Positions 12,329 to 25,802 of a stretch of DNA of 64,000 nt are shown in pieces. This DNA is from Nymphaea colorata (lineage: Eukaryota): positions 18,600,001-18,664,000 of the forward strand of contig NC_045138.2 in the NCBI RefSeq assembly GCF_008831285.2. Reading direction: 5' to 3'. The first letter of the stretch is position 1; each line of letters starts with the position of its first letter. Position numbers and translations under genes: made by a program. The notes beneath the pieces were generated by a model. The model saw nothing but the letters and a program-made list of their open reading frames with translations, searched no databases and was not told where the DNA came from.

Positions 12329-13880
12329 CGCCTTACCATCTATCATTAAACTACGGTACCGTTTAAGTGGCATATTAAACAATAAAAATTCATGAGAGTG
12401 AAAAAGAGCTAGAATGCAATTCCCAAAACATGTTCTGTTTTTCAAGCTAACAATATTTATTTGGAGCTCCTATTTAATAGTTTCTTTGTAAAACATGGCA
12501 TTATATATATATATATATATATGGTATTTTTTTCATGCCCCTTAAAATTTGAAATTTAAGTGCTTTTGTCCCCAACACCCACCCAAACTCGAAAATTCTA
12601 ACTCCACCACTAAGGAAGGATTTTTTTTTTTCCCTTGTGCGGCTCTTTTTGCTATGATTTACAGATGTTGCCAGGAACCCACAAACTCTTTATGTCACGG
12701 ATGAATTTGGAAAGGAAAAAATTTACTAGCCATTCACTTTGTAGCCTTTTGCTTAACAACACAAATATTTTCTTAAACTTTACAGTTACAAAAATGAAGC
12801 CAACATCGAGAGTTAAAATTCATTCAACTATTTAACCAGATCTCTATGAAACTGTCCAGATGAATATGCAGCCTGAACGAGAAAACTAACTAATTAATGA
12901 AATATTCAAACAATATTGTGTTTGAAAGAATTATATTACCACTTAAACTTTACATCAAAACAACCTACTAATGACTCCTTAACTATGGAGACAAATATGT
13001 TATGGCTAGGAAACGATAAATGAGCATTACACATTATACAAAATAATTAAGAATTTTATTCGCTTTAATGACTAGAAAAGGTAAATGTTCGTTCCACCTA
13101 CCTCATTAAGAGGGATTATTTTTCAAAAGTTACCATCACACTTGTTAGACAAAATCATAAACAAAATTATAATTGATCAGAAACTTTTCTCATAAATTGT
13201 GTGCAAGCTCTCGTATTAGTAAGTAGAAGGCGATTTATAAAATGTTAAAAAAATGGCGATGACAGTATTGATTTGTGGTGTAGACTTGTAATTTAAAAAT
13301 TAATATCTAATGAGGATGACTGCAATTTTGGTCTGTTGCTGACACTTCTCTCGTAATAACAAGAATGCAAGTTAAAAACTAAGGGAAAAAGTACCTTGTA
13401 ATAAAGTTGGTATGCAAATGAGTTGGATATATCCGATTTTGAACCGTCTAGTGGAACCTGGTAAAAAATATCCAGATTGGAGACAAATCATCTTTGAATT
13501 TGATACACAACTTCATAACCGATCCATATCCGAATCTGAAATCCGAGTAAAGAACCAATCCGGACACATGCGGACGAGTCGGTCCTCATGCTGAATTTCA
13601 TTTTAAGAAATAAAATTCAGATTTGAGACTGAATTTGAGTCTGACCACATAGAGTCCAGCGAATTCAAATTTGGTAAAGCGTAGATCCAAATCTGAATCT
13701 GAACCCCATTGCATCTTTAAATAAAACTAAAGCCCGGTCCATTCAATGATGTGAACGCTCCATTTCGAATCACAATTCATCTGTAGTTCTCTAAACGTAG
13801 AAACTTATTAAACATGATAATAATATTCAAAGAGTTCTTATAATCCATGCCTAGACATGTATCAGATCTGAGATCTGAAA

Positions 13881-14010
13881 CAAGGGTTGCTAATGGAATC
13901 GGATCCACTGATTCCGAGTCGGAGGTCTTTCCAATTCCTTGCACGTCCTGAATTTGATCCGAGCTCGATTCCATGCATTTAGATCCGAATTCGATCCATT
14001 TGCACTCCTG
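13881..14010. mobile_element. Degenerate hAT-like MITE (GATCC-rich family) in the RPS3a promoter
   Basis: Left end CAAGGGTTGCTAATGGAATCGG versus right-end reverse complement CAGGAGTGCAAATGGATCGAA; TSD not recognisable. Similar GATCC/GAATC-rich sequence lies at ~13402-13719. Confidence 0.45.
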
Positions 14011-14227
14011 AAAACTTACGGCAGTTGCCCAAGGGTTCAGTTCTAGTTAGTTCAGATCGCAACCGTCAGTGTTCCTTATCAACGGTCAGAAAAAGGATCT
14101 CATTTGAGGTACATGGGAACGCGCTCATCCATCCTGACCTTTTTATGGCATAACTTCGTTAGTTCCGAACAATACTAAGGGTATTACAGGCAAATATTGT
14201 CAATACACCCGCCACATAAGCCAGAGC

Positions 14228-14272
14228 TAGGGTTTCTACGTTCGATCCCTCTCTCTTTCTCTCTCTCTCTCT
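14228..14272 (+). promoter_or_regulatory. Telo-box and polypyrimidine tract at the RPS3a 5' end
   Basis: TAGGGTTT (reverse complement AAACCCTA) at 14228-14235, then a CT-rich tract 50-75 nt upstream of the ATG. Telo-boxes are typical of plant ribosomal protein genes. Confidence 0.65.
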
Positions 14273-14321
14273 GATACCTTTCGCAGTTTCCGACCCTTCC
14301 CTTCCTCTCGGAGTTTCAACA

Positions 14322-14331
14322 ATGGCCGTCG

Positions 14332-14406
<75 letters not shown>

Positions 14407-16746
14407 CTATCTCTAGCTGTGGGCTAATGATCTGTTCTCTGCATTTACAGGAAGAACAAGAGGATCTCAAAGGGGAAGAAGGGAGGAAAGAAGAAAACGT
14501 GAGCAAAATCGAAACGACAATTGCTCCTTTTTTGTTCTTTTTTTACCATAATCAACCTCTAGCTTACTCTCTACCTTCCCTGTGTTATTGTCTTCCAGAG
14601 TGGATCCCTTCTCCAAGAAGGATTGGTATGATGTGAAGGCGCCATCGATCTTCAATGTTCGCACTGTGGGCAAAACATTGGTCACCAGGACTCAGGGGAC
14701 TAAGGTACGCCTTCGTCTTCTCTTTTATTACTCTCTGCTCTTGTTCTTTGTCATACTTATAGGTCTAGAGAACCCTATATTAGTTTACTAAAGTTCCTTC
14801 TTACTCTCTTTGTGAGCTCGGTTCAAGTTCACTTTATTCGTTGAATGGTTGCAACACTAGCGCTGGGAATTGGGTCTTGTAATTCACATTTGGATTTTGA
14901 TTTCTTTTTCCTAGTATGATGTTACCGGAATTGGATTAGGCAATGTTAGGTCGTCTTTGTTGTGGCATCAGAATTTGAGATTTCAAGGTATGGGATCTGA
15001 CACCCCCGTTGGCACTAGGTATAGCTTGGGCAGTCTGGCAACTGTTCTGAACCCATCAGTCCATGAATTTATAGGGGAATTTATCTGCCTCAGTATTGAC
15101 CGATGAAGCTCCATCTTGTCCTGCTGATTCGGAAAACCTGTTGTTTTACGGTTCCTTATGCATCAATGTTTCAATTTGGTATATAGAAGTTTGCGCAGCG
15201 ACTAGTTCTCCATAATTGATTTTGCCGATCTCTTAATGTGTAGATGAGAGCTGCTCTTAGCTACTTTGTCTGCCATGTTGCTTAAATATGATAAGATGAT
15301 TAAGTTAATGTTTTTTGTGTGAACTCCAATATTTTGGCCAGTCGATAGGCAGCTGCTGCCGGGCATGACGTGACATTAGCATGCATCTGAGTGTGTGAGT
15401 AAAGTGCGTGTATTGGCAAGCATGCATTGGTTTAACTGGTGGTTGGACTTCTATTAGTAAATGTTTGGACTTCTATTAGTAATGTCTTCTGGTGGTTGCA
15501 CTAACATGGTCAACTTGGTGATGGAGCCTGTACAAAAATGGCTATTTCATTGTCAAGTTTTCCTTGTTCTCCAGATCATCCGGTCAAACTTAGTGGTTAC
15601 GGCATACAGTTGACATACATTCATTTTGTTTTGATCTTTGTGTAGGTTTAGCTTAATGGTTTTGCTTTTAATTCTAGATTCAGAAAGCCTTTTCAGGTTG
15701 CCAACTGTTGCTTGTTCCTCGCTAGTTTTATGTTTTTTATGAGGTTATCCTTCTTTGGTTTTTTCAATATCTTCCGGTTTTCTGCATAATTTTACTACTC
15801 TTTTCATTTAATGTTTTTATTTTGTTTTAATACAGATTGCCTCAGAGGGTCTAAAACACAGGGTTTTTGAGATTAACTTGGCTGACCTGCAAGCCGATGA
15901 GGATCAGTCCTACAGAAAGATCCGGTTGCGGGCCGAGGATGTGCAAGGGAGGAACGTCCTCACGAACTTCTGGGTATAAGCGCCTGAACTTTTGTACAAT
16001 ACATTCTGATGCTAAATAAGAAGGTATCTGATTGATATGTTTGTCGTCTAGGGGATGAACTTCACCACAGATAAGTTGAGGTCCTTGGTCCGCAAGTGGC
16101 AGACATTGATCGAAGCACACGTTGATGTGAAAACAACTGATAATTACATGCTTAGAATGTTTTGCATTGGCTTCACCAAGAGACGCCCTAATCAGGTTAA
16201 GCGCACATGTTATGCGCAATCCAGTCAGATCAGACAGGTTAGAAAGCAGAAACTGTTGCTTGTTCTTTCTCCTGTTAAAAAGTTTATCGTAATGCATCAC
16301 AGCACATGAATTTTCTTTTTCCACTTGAACCGTCTATTGAATGCTTATTCCGTTAATCAGATTCGCCGGAAAATGAGGGAGATCATGGTCAACCAAGCTA
16401 CCTCTTGTGATCTGAAGGAGCTGGTGCAGAAGTTCATCCCGGAAATGATTGGCAAGGAAATTGAGAAAGCAACGTCAAACATCTATCCTCTGCAGAACGT
16501 GTTCATTCGGAAAGTCAAGATCTTGAAGGCTCCAAAGTTCGATCTCGGCAAGCTGATGGAGGCATGTCAAGAACCAAGCCCACATTCTGTTTTCCTTTTG
16601 GGTTATCACATTCCATTCTGTACCATAACGAACACCCCTTATCTTTTCAGGTTCATGGCGACTATTCGGAGGACGTCGGTGTCAAGGTTGATAAGCCTGC
16701 TGATGAGACGATGGCGGAAGGAGAGACCGAACTTGTCGGAGCCTAG
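14322..16746 (+). CDS. RPS3A: 40S ribosomal protein S3a (eS1), 261 aa, 7 exons
   Basis: Exons 14322-14332, 14451-14498, 14599-14704, 15836-15973, 16052-16237, 16361-16561 and 16651-16746 splice in phase to [88 protein letters not shown], the typical eS1 sequence. Confidence 0.97.
14334..14403. repeat. (TC)n microsatellite at the start of RPS3a intron 1
   Basis: Uninterrupted TC run beginning at the T of the GT donor. Confidence 0.95.
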
Positions 16747-18870
16747 AGGCAGAAAATTTTCAATTTTGAGTTTTTCTTCAGTTTATTTTTGTTTTTCTTT
16801 TGTTGCAGTTTTCTTTTGTGAGGTACAAGTTTTTGGTAGATATGGTTTAGAGCCGCTCTCTGGACTAAATTATCCAGATATATCGGATACTTCAAAAGAC
16901 GAAATTGTTATCTCTACCGTTATTCGACTGTTTGGAATAGACAAATAACAGATGATGTGTAAATAAATCCTCTAAAAGTAAGTCCAGCTTGCCGATGGTT
17001 GGATTTTGAAACTAGAAAAAACTCAAAATCCTATCGAATAACTCGATCACTTGTTTTCAATTGCGATTGAGAAGATATTTTTCTTTTCGCCGCTCCCCGA
17101 AAATGGGGAGAGGATGTGTAGGCCAAACCCTCGTAGCGCAGCGTAACAATCTATCGACCAAGGCTAACGGGCTGTAGACGAAGGCGTCACAAGGACGCTC
17201 TTTTCTGCCGATTGCCTCTTTTTCGTCATTTTCCGATGGTGATTTTCGCGGCCAGCGCTTCCTTTCTCGGTCGGGCGCTTTTGTTTGGTACGACTCCTTG
17301 CCTAAGATCGGAGAAGGCTTCCTGCTGTTATTCCCCTGAAGATTTGGGTTTTGTTCCGCTCCTTTTCAGAAAAAAAGTAAAGAAACCCTCCAAAATTACC
17401 GTGTGCTTCTAGAAAATGGCCTTGAAGTTGCTGAATAGAAAAATGGAACGATACCGAACTGCAGCGTCACGAGTAAACAGACTCAAAGGCCAACAGGAGA
17501 CAAGTGCTGAAGGAGGACTCCGGTAAGTCTTCGTTTCTCCTCTCCATATCCATAGGTTTTCGTGGCCAGAGCCGGTGTTCCTGCAGGTGGTGGCAGACAT
17601 CGAGCAAATGAGATAATAACATATGAATTTGTTCTTAAACGAAGGCATTCGGTCGTTATTCTTTGAACAGTGTCGTGTCCCATGTTGGTCATTGTTTGAG
17701 ATACAAAGCGCTTTGTTGGATCTGGAAATTCCAGTAGGGGCTCGTTAATACATGGTAAAGTGATTAAAAAATTATTTATAAATAAAACATGTACAAAAAT
17801 AGAAAACTATAGTAATGCATCATAAATAGTTTATTTCCTGCAATTAGAATGCAAATACAGTTCAGAGAAAAAGAAAGGAGTAACAATAAGATAAACAAGG
17901 GCCACAAAAAAGCAGACGTTATGAAAAAATGGTAATCTTCCAAAAAACGAAAAAAAAGAATAATAATCCAAAGCACCATAATAGAATGGGTAAACTTACC
18001 TTTATGGGTGAACAAGAAGTTAACAATCTACCCCTGAAAAAGAGACTTTAAAGCACCTCATTCCCATGTCTGTGTCAAAGTGATGACAAGGGGTGCACTC
18101 TTCAACTTAGGTACATATAAAATTTATTGTTGTAAAAATAAATAAATTTTATGTTCAATCAGTAAATTCAGCGCCAGTTGCTTCTTGCCATTATGATTCA
18201 TGACTTGATGAATGCAAGGCTGTTCACCGGAGAAGGAAAAAAAGAAAGAAAAGAAAAGTTGATTTAAGGGATTCAAGTCGAGGGTTTTGTACATTGAAAA
18301 TATGTTACATAGATGGGTGAGGAACAAAACGGAAGCATTCCAGCAAACGAACAATTTCTTATTTCCAGATATGGACATCAAAGCTCAATGTGGAGAAGAA
18401 CTGCACTTTAGATTTTTAAGTTGAAAAATGTCAGCAGTTCAATGCCTGGGGCCTTAGAGTGTGAGAGAGAGAGAGGTACTAGTCTACACCTCAAAAGAAA
18501 ATTTGCGACAGATAAGAAACCTCAAATTCAGAAGCCTGGCCACTCATTAAGCTTAAAATTACATGCAACACACTATTCTGCTGGTCTCGTAAATTCACCA
18601 GATACGAAAAAGAATAAACAAGCCGATGCAAACAATTTCTAATAGCTTGGACACATCATTGACTATACAACTTTGACATAATCTGGATGTCTGCTAACTC
18701 AACTATGAGACGTAAAATTCTCTACATCAGACAAAACCAAAAAAGAGCCGCTTGGCGTGCAACAATAATGGGCAAATGCCAAATTGCACCCATGAAAAAA
18801 TAGACTTTCTCCTGTCTTGGTAAACCTTTTATCTGCCACAGCAGCAGAACCTTTAGCAAAAGACTGCAGT

Positions 18871-21800
18871 TCAATCATCCTTTGTCAAAAGCCGCATACA
18901 GCCACAAAATGGAGCTTTCTTCTGTTTACGGTTTCCTCTTCCACCATAAAGATAATCTCTCAGTAGGACTCGTGCACGTTTTTCCACAGATGCATGGATT
19001 CTTTTAACATGTCCGTCCTCCAACTTCCTTAAGATGAACTCCATTCTTTGCAGCTCAATTTCAAATTGCTCAATCTTTTCTGACCTTCTTCTTGCTTCCT
19101 GCACATGTGATCTGTCAATATCTGGCAAATCTTCTGTTCTGCCTGTGAGCGCATCAGATTTCCCTGTTTCTCTTTCGGAGGATATAATAGAACTACTTTG
19201 ATTATTCTTCAACAATTTATGGTTGAGTTCAACCAACTGTAAGATTGACAACTCTATTCCCCTTAACTGCTCTATTGCATTGTCGATTTCAAGACCATCT
19301 GCATGAGAACCGTTCCTCAATTTTTCAAACCTTCTATTCAGTTCTTGTGCATTGTTTTGCAGATCCATTAGGCGATGAGATTCAGATGTAAGCATGTCTC
19401 TGACTCTCTTGTTCTCGCTTTCACAGGACACCTCTATCTTATCGACTGCCACTTCTCTCTCGACTTGCAATTCAGAAAGCTCATGCTCCTGGTTCTTCTG
19501 TGCTTTTTTTGTGGAAATTATTTTCTCAGAATCCACATCACGTGATGTGCCTTTGACTGATGTAAGGTTCTCAGTTTCGTGATTGGATTGCCTTTCAGCA
19601 GTTTCCCACAGTTCCAGCATCTGCTCATCTGCTTCGGTGTCTTCTGTTCTGCCTTTTCCAAATGAACCAGCAACTCGTGCTCCAGTACCCTTGTCCTTGA
19701 TGAAATGACTGAGCTGGCTTAGTTCTACGACCAATCCTTCAACAGACTTAAACTTAACTAGCAGTTCTTGCAGCTCTAGAACCACTTTCTCTGTTCCAGC
19801 ACACTTCAGAGCAGGTTCAGGAACCAAGCTTGTGATATTCTGCTGATCATGTAGGCCAGCACCCTGAAAAGATAGGACAAAGTCGTTGTCAAAGAATAGG
19901 TTAATGTTAAAGGAGAAATAAATAGCCTTACCTTGTGAGTTCCTGATGCTCGATCCCCTAATGCTGCTAAACAGCGATCTTCAAGAGAGGACAGTCTTTC
20001 CTTTACAGACGACACCAGAGACAAATTTCTATTTGATCTCTCACTCATTTCTTCATTTATTTCTTCTAGTTTCATGATTTTCTTCTGCAATTCATCAACT
20101 TCCACACTTCGAGCAGCAATATCATCAAGTAATTTCTTGGTCTCATGTTGAGACTTAATTTCAAGGCTCTCACTTGCTCCCATCAATTCAAGCCACTTTT
20201 GCTCAATCAGCATTTCGTGGATGGAGCAGCTTTCAAGATCATGATACAAGGTTTCGGAGCTTGTCTGCCACAGTTCAATCTCCTCTGCTTTTGCTTCTAG
20301 TTCACACTTGAAATACTTCTCCCGGAATTGGCATTGATCAAGTTCTTCTAGCAGTTCATAAGATTCTATTTCTAGTTTTGCCTTGTCTTCATGAATACTC
20401 GTCATCTCTTTGCTTTTCAGGACAATCTCCTCTGCCAAAATATTCAGCTCATTCTCCAAAGCTTCTTTTATGAGTTTAACTTCATGATATTCTTTTTTTA
20501 TGTTTTCAAAGCCTCCCACAGTCACATCAATTGCTTCAATTTTCGCCAGCAATTTGTGCAGCTCTTGTAGCCCATCTTGCTTCTCACCACCCTTATCCTC
20601 ACTCCATTGATGAACTGAACTTGTGTAGTTACTGTGATTTGATCTATCATCCTGAAAAGTTTTAAAGGAAAAAGTAACAGAATGAGGTCAGGCGGCCCAC
20701 ACTAAATGCCATGTCCATGCACTGCTGTACCTACGAAGCATGAGAGCAGATCCAGCTACATATGTCTAAGTGTAGCATTACAGTTTCCGTTACTCATGAA
20801 ACTATTTAAAGGAATGCAATATCGATGGGGACCTAAGAAGCCTTAAGGCCAAGACGTGTGTGAGTGTGTATTTTAATGAAACATAGAATTGTAAAACTAC
20901 TGATTGCAAGGATGGTTGGTTGCAGATAACTTCTAACTGAGAACTTTGTCCAAGTGAAGACAGAGAATCAGGAATACCTCTGGTATGCATTGCTGGATCC
21001 CCATCAAAGTAAAGCATCGATCCTCAAGCCGTATTATGCTTTCCTTTAGAGATAATATGAGAGAGAAATATCCAATAGATTCTAGTTTCATTTTTTCATT
21101 TTCTTCTCCCAGAAAAGCATTTCTTCTCTCCAGTTGATGAATCTCTGCGTTTTTGGAATTATTTTCATCTAAAAACTTTTTTGCCTGTGCTTGTGAGTGT
21201 TGTTCAATACTCTTACATGCATCAATCAATTCATATACCTTTTGCTCAAGTACTGCAGCATGAATGACAGACACTTGAAGGTCGTAGTACCATGTTGCAC
21301 AGCAAGTGTGCAACAGCTCAATCTCATCCATGTTTTGCTTCAGCTGAGTTTTTAGATGCTCCATCTGGAGTTTGAGATCATCACCTTTTTTATGCAGTCT
21401 ATCCAACTCCGAATTTAACATCTTTTTCTCTTCATGCATTTGGTCATTTTTCTTGGATTTGTTAGCATTATCAATAGTCATTTCCATCATATCTCTCTCC
21501 AGTGCTGATTTCCTTGTCATAGCCTCATTGTATTCCTTCTTGACCAGTTCAAGTTCTCTCATAATCTCTGCTTGCTCAATTTGCATCTTTTCAAGTTTCT
21601 GCTCTGCATTAGACAGCTTGAATTCCTTCTCATTCAGTAAATTCTGTCCAAGCTCAATCTGTTTTTTTAACTCCCCACATGCATTCCTGAATTTATCAAC
21701 CTCATTTTCCAAGGATAGTGAACAGATCTTGTACCCTTCCAATTTCCCAACCAGTTCTTTGAGACCCGAGTTCTCCATTTCTAATGCTTTCAACTTTTCA

Positions 21801-24800
21801 ATGATTGCTCTCACCTCCTCCCTGAGGGTGTAATTAGTCCCATGGATGCAATCTAAAGCTTCATTAAGTCTACGTATCTCTACTTCCTTCTCACCGTTAA
21901 AACATTCAAAGATCACAGCAAGATTTCCCAATGAGAGTGTCTCATGGAGGATAGCACTATTTTCTTCTTCTAGCATATACTTCTGCCCCTTCAGATAAAG
22001 AATATCCTCTGTCAGGGATATATTCTCTTCATATAACTTGTGATTGTGATTTTCCAGTGACCTATTCAATTCTTCAGACTCAGATAGCTGTCTACAAGCA
22101 AGACGAATATCAGCCTCCAGGATATTTTCTTTATCTTCCATTGAAAGTACCTTCTGTCCCAGTAGTTCAATGATTTTCTCAAGCTCAAGCTTTCTACTTT
22201 GCAAAATCATCAGTTCCTCTGCCTGTGCTGCTGCCTCCATATCAAGTGCCATCTTCTTCACGAACAAATCAGACATTTCCCATCCCAACTGTTCTAGTAA
22301 CGTGGCAATTATCGTGTTCTCAAGAAACAGACGTGCATTTTCAGTTTGAGTAGTCACAAGTAGTGTGCTCGTGGCCTCAACTCTGTTCTGAAGCTTCTGA
22401 AAAACTATTTCACTCCCAATTTTATCAGGGTTATTGTGGTCCTCATCTATATGAAGTAACCGAGCCAACTGCTCTATACCAGATTTAAGCTTCAAATTCT
22501 GTTCTACAGTCAAAGAATGCTTGTCAAAAATGGATTCTACTTGCATCTGTTGTTCTAGATTCTTCTGTTTCAATTCAGAGATCAGATGGTTAGTGTTTGA
22601 CAACATCGTAAGGTATTTCTGGCATTCTAAAGAGAGATTTTGACTTTTTTTGCACATATCAAGCATAACACCTTGTATCACAATGGTTTCAATTTGAGCT
22701 CTAAGAATACAATCTTCTTTCTCTTCTAGTTTTGCCATTCTCTGTGCACTTTCATCTAGAAGGAAATTTATTTTTATTTTCATGTCATCCAATTGAGTTC
22801 TGCTAGACTGAAGAATACTTTCACTTTCTTCTTTTTGTAGATTCAAGCATGTCTGAAGCTCCTTGACCTGATTGACAACTGATTCAATCTCTTTTTCCAG
22901 ATAAAGGCGCTTTTCTTCAGCCACTGCATTCAATGCCTCCTTTATCTGCAGTTTCTGCACCATGTCATCCACTTTTGCCAATAAATTGTCCTTTTCTTTG
23001 ACAAGTATTGATTTCTCCTTCATGAGAGAATCGAAGGACTCTTCCAAAATCCTCAACTTTTCTCTCATAATATCCAAATCATTGTTTTTGTCTGAAAGTA
23101 ATTTTTCCAATAAAATATTCTCCTCAAGAACCTTTTCCATATTTTTCAGTCTCTCAGATATAACTCCCTTTTCTTCATCTTTCTTGTTACAATTTTCCTT
23201 CAGAAGAATGATTTCATCTTGTAAGTCTTTTACAGATGATTGGACACATTTTGAATCCAAACCCGCTGACTCTATTTGCCATATTAAAGCTTTGTATCTA
23301 TCGTCCAAATCGTGCCTTTCCTCTTTCAGACAGGAAAGTTCTTGCTGTAAAGCATTTTTCTGGTGGATATGAAGCCCAACTTCTTCTTCAAGTTTCTGTT
23401 TGGTCTCATTCAAGCTGCACAGAACATCTTGCAGTTTCTTTATTGTTGTTGTGCATGCCACGTTTGAGGTACTCACACTATTAATTTCTTCTTTCAGTCC
23501 AACAATTTCTTCCTCCAAGATTTTATTCCTATGCTCCATATCTTTCAAGAGGTTTGTCACTTTCCCAAGCTCCAAAACCAGATTTTTATATTGTTCCTCT
23601 AGTTGTGAGTTTAGTTGACTAGTAGATTGAAGAGCTGTCTCATGGTTCAAGTGCTCTTCTTGCATTTGAAGCCTGAGCTGTTCAATCTCATGGTGCTCTT
23701 TTTTAAGTTTTTCTTCTTGCAGTATCAATTTTTTCTCCAAACTATCCAACTCCAACTGCAGAGTCTGATTTGACCTCTCTAACAAACTAACTTTCTCTTC
23801 GGCACTCTTGAATCTCACTGTCCCACTTACCATATCCTCATTCAGCCTTCTTATTTCTTCATGTGCACGAGAAACTTCAGTCTCCAGATCAGATATTCTC
23901 CGCAAGGAGTTCTGATATTGTTCCAGGTGTTGTTGACTACAAACTGTAGCAGCTTTGTGTTCCTGTCTCAATTTGGAAAGTGCCATATGCAGATCATGAA
24001 CTTCTGCTTCTGCTTTGCTTAACCGCTCTTCTGACTCAGTTGGGACTTTAGAATCCCGAGCCACACCAATCCCATCAAGTTGCTTCCCATCCTTGCTCTG
24101 AGTTTCTTCTGTTGCAGCATGTGGAGCTTCATATTGTGTTCCCATATCTCGGACGACAACCTCATTTTTCTGACCAGCACCTGCCCCAGTATGTGGTCCA
24201 AGTTCACAACTCTTCTCTTCACCCTCTGGAAAGGTTAGACGCCTTCTTGACTTTCCATCTGCATATTTTCCAATTCCCATACCTCCTCCAGATTCAGGAG
24301 TTTTCTTGTCTGAAGGTGATAGAAACATCTCATTGAGCTGTTTCAACCCTTTCTTGCTTGTCACAGCATCATTTTCTTCAGAGAAAATTCCACTCTTTTT
24401 GACAAATGAAGGAAGTGATGATGAGCTTGACGAGTCTTTTTGGAGATCATCTAAATCCAACAAGGACCGCACCAGGTTTGTTACTTCAGATGTATTAGGT
24501 TCACTGTCTGAAACAGAGGATGCCCGAGGAGAATCGTCAGACAAGTTGAAAGGAATTTGATCTGGAAATGCTTCTGCCATTGCTCGATGAGCTTGCCGAA
24601 GCTCACCAGTTGCATTGTCATATCTTGCTGCTAATAAACGATATGCTCTATAGAATTCCTCAACTAGCTTCATAAGCTCTGGTCGTTTCTTGTAATACAT
24701 CTCTGCTCTTCTTGCAAAGGAGTCTGCATCTTCCTCTATAATCTTGATCATTGCTTTGACTTTGACATCCATATCTGTCTCAATAACGGGTTCACCATCC

Positions 24801-25802
24801 AGTTAGTATCTAACTACAAAAAGATACATAATGTGATAGATTTACAAAAGGAAGCAGCTGTGAGTAAATGCAGATACACCAACAGAACTAAGACCTCATG
24901 CAAGCAACAAATTTAAGCCAAAAACTGTTCATTTCCAAGAAAACTGTTTAGTTCACATCATTTTACCATTCGATGCAGAAAGGCAGTCCATGGACTGTCA
25001 CTACAGGCATCATCCTAAATCTTGCTGAAACTACTCACAAATATCATACACCATTCAAACATAGGGAGCAATTCAAACGAGGAAACCATCTGTTCGTTTA
25101 AGATCTGTCAAACTTCCGCACAAATTTAATTTAATATTTCTTTTGATGTGGCCACAAACAGAAGGGAAACGGCAGGTTATGTCACACTCTTACGTCTTAG
25201 CCCAGTTCTCCAAAAAGAGGCTTCGATTGCAGATAGAACTGAAACAGAGAAGGCTGGGATTCCCAGTTAACAGAATGAATCACCAACTAAGTAGTTCAGA
25301 TGGAAATTTGTTCACGACAGAGAAAAACAATGCCACTGAATCTTCTAAGCATTAGCTTCCGATATCCAATTATAGAATTCTTGGAGTCGGTAAAGAGATT
25401 AACTGAACTAGTCAATCAAACGGTATACGGAATCACCGACCGAACAGAATGAGACTATCGATTTATATAGTCCACCATATTGATCCGAATGTATTTCATC
25501 AGGTAATGAAAGAAGCAACAGGGAGATATCTTTTCTGAACTACCCACGGAAACAGAAAAAGAACATGATTCACCAATGCAGCATAAGAATATCACCGTAC
25601 TTAATATACCGTAACCAATAAAAGGGAGCTGCATACGCCGATCCAGGACCTTAGTCTTCGACGATTACCGCAAGAGGAAACAGCAAGAGAGAAGAAAAGG
25701 AACTTTACCTGTGAGGTTTTCTTGAAGCCATTTCGAGTTCTTCGTATTGATATGGCTATCCCACAACCAAGAATACGATCTGCTAGGATCAGCATGCAAC
25801 AT
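18871..25802 (-). CDS. NET1: NETWORKED 1-like actin-binding coiled-coil protein (NAB/KIP1 domain), ~1867 aa, 4 exons
   Basis: Exons 25802-25709, 24774-20978, 20651-19932 and 19863-18871, all GT-AG and in phase. NAB domain: [68 protein letters not shown]. Long coiled coil, and a NET1-type C-terminus ([37 protein letters not shown]). Which NET1 paralogue is not resolvable. Confidence 0.93.

Noticed and set aside
14915..15000. Possible box C/D snoRNA in RPS3a intron 3 (ATGATGT ... CTGA)
   Set aside because: The C box is imperfect, there is no good terminal stem and I recognise no rRNA complement. The CTGA sits in TCTGACACCCC, which resembles a repeat end seen in reverse at ~3550 (GGGTGTCAGA). 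A snoscan/Rfam search would settle it.
21372..24560. Plus-strand Ser/Phe-rich ORFs overlapping NET1
   Set aside because: Antisense shadows of a Glu/Lys-rich coiled-coil exon.
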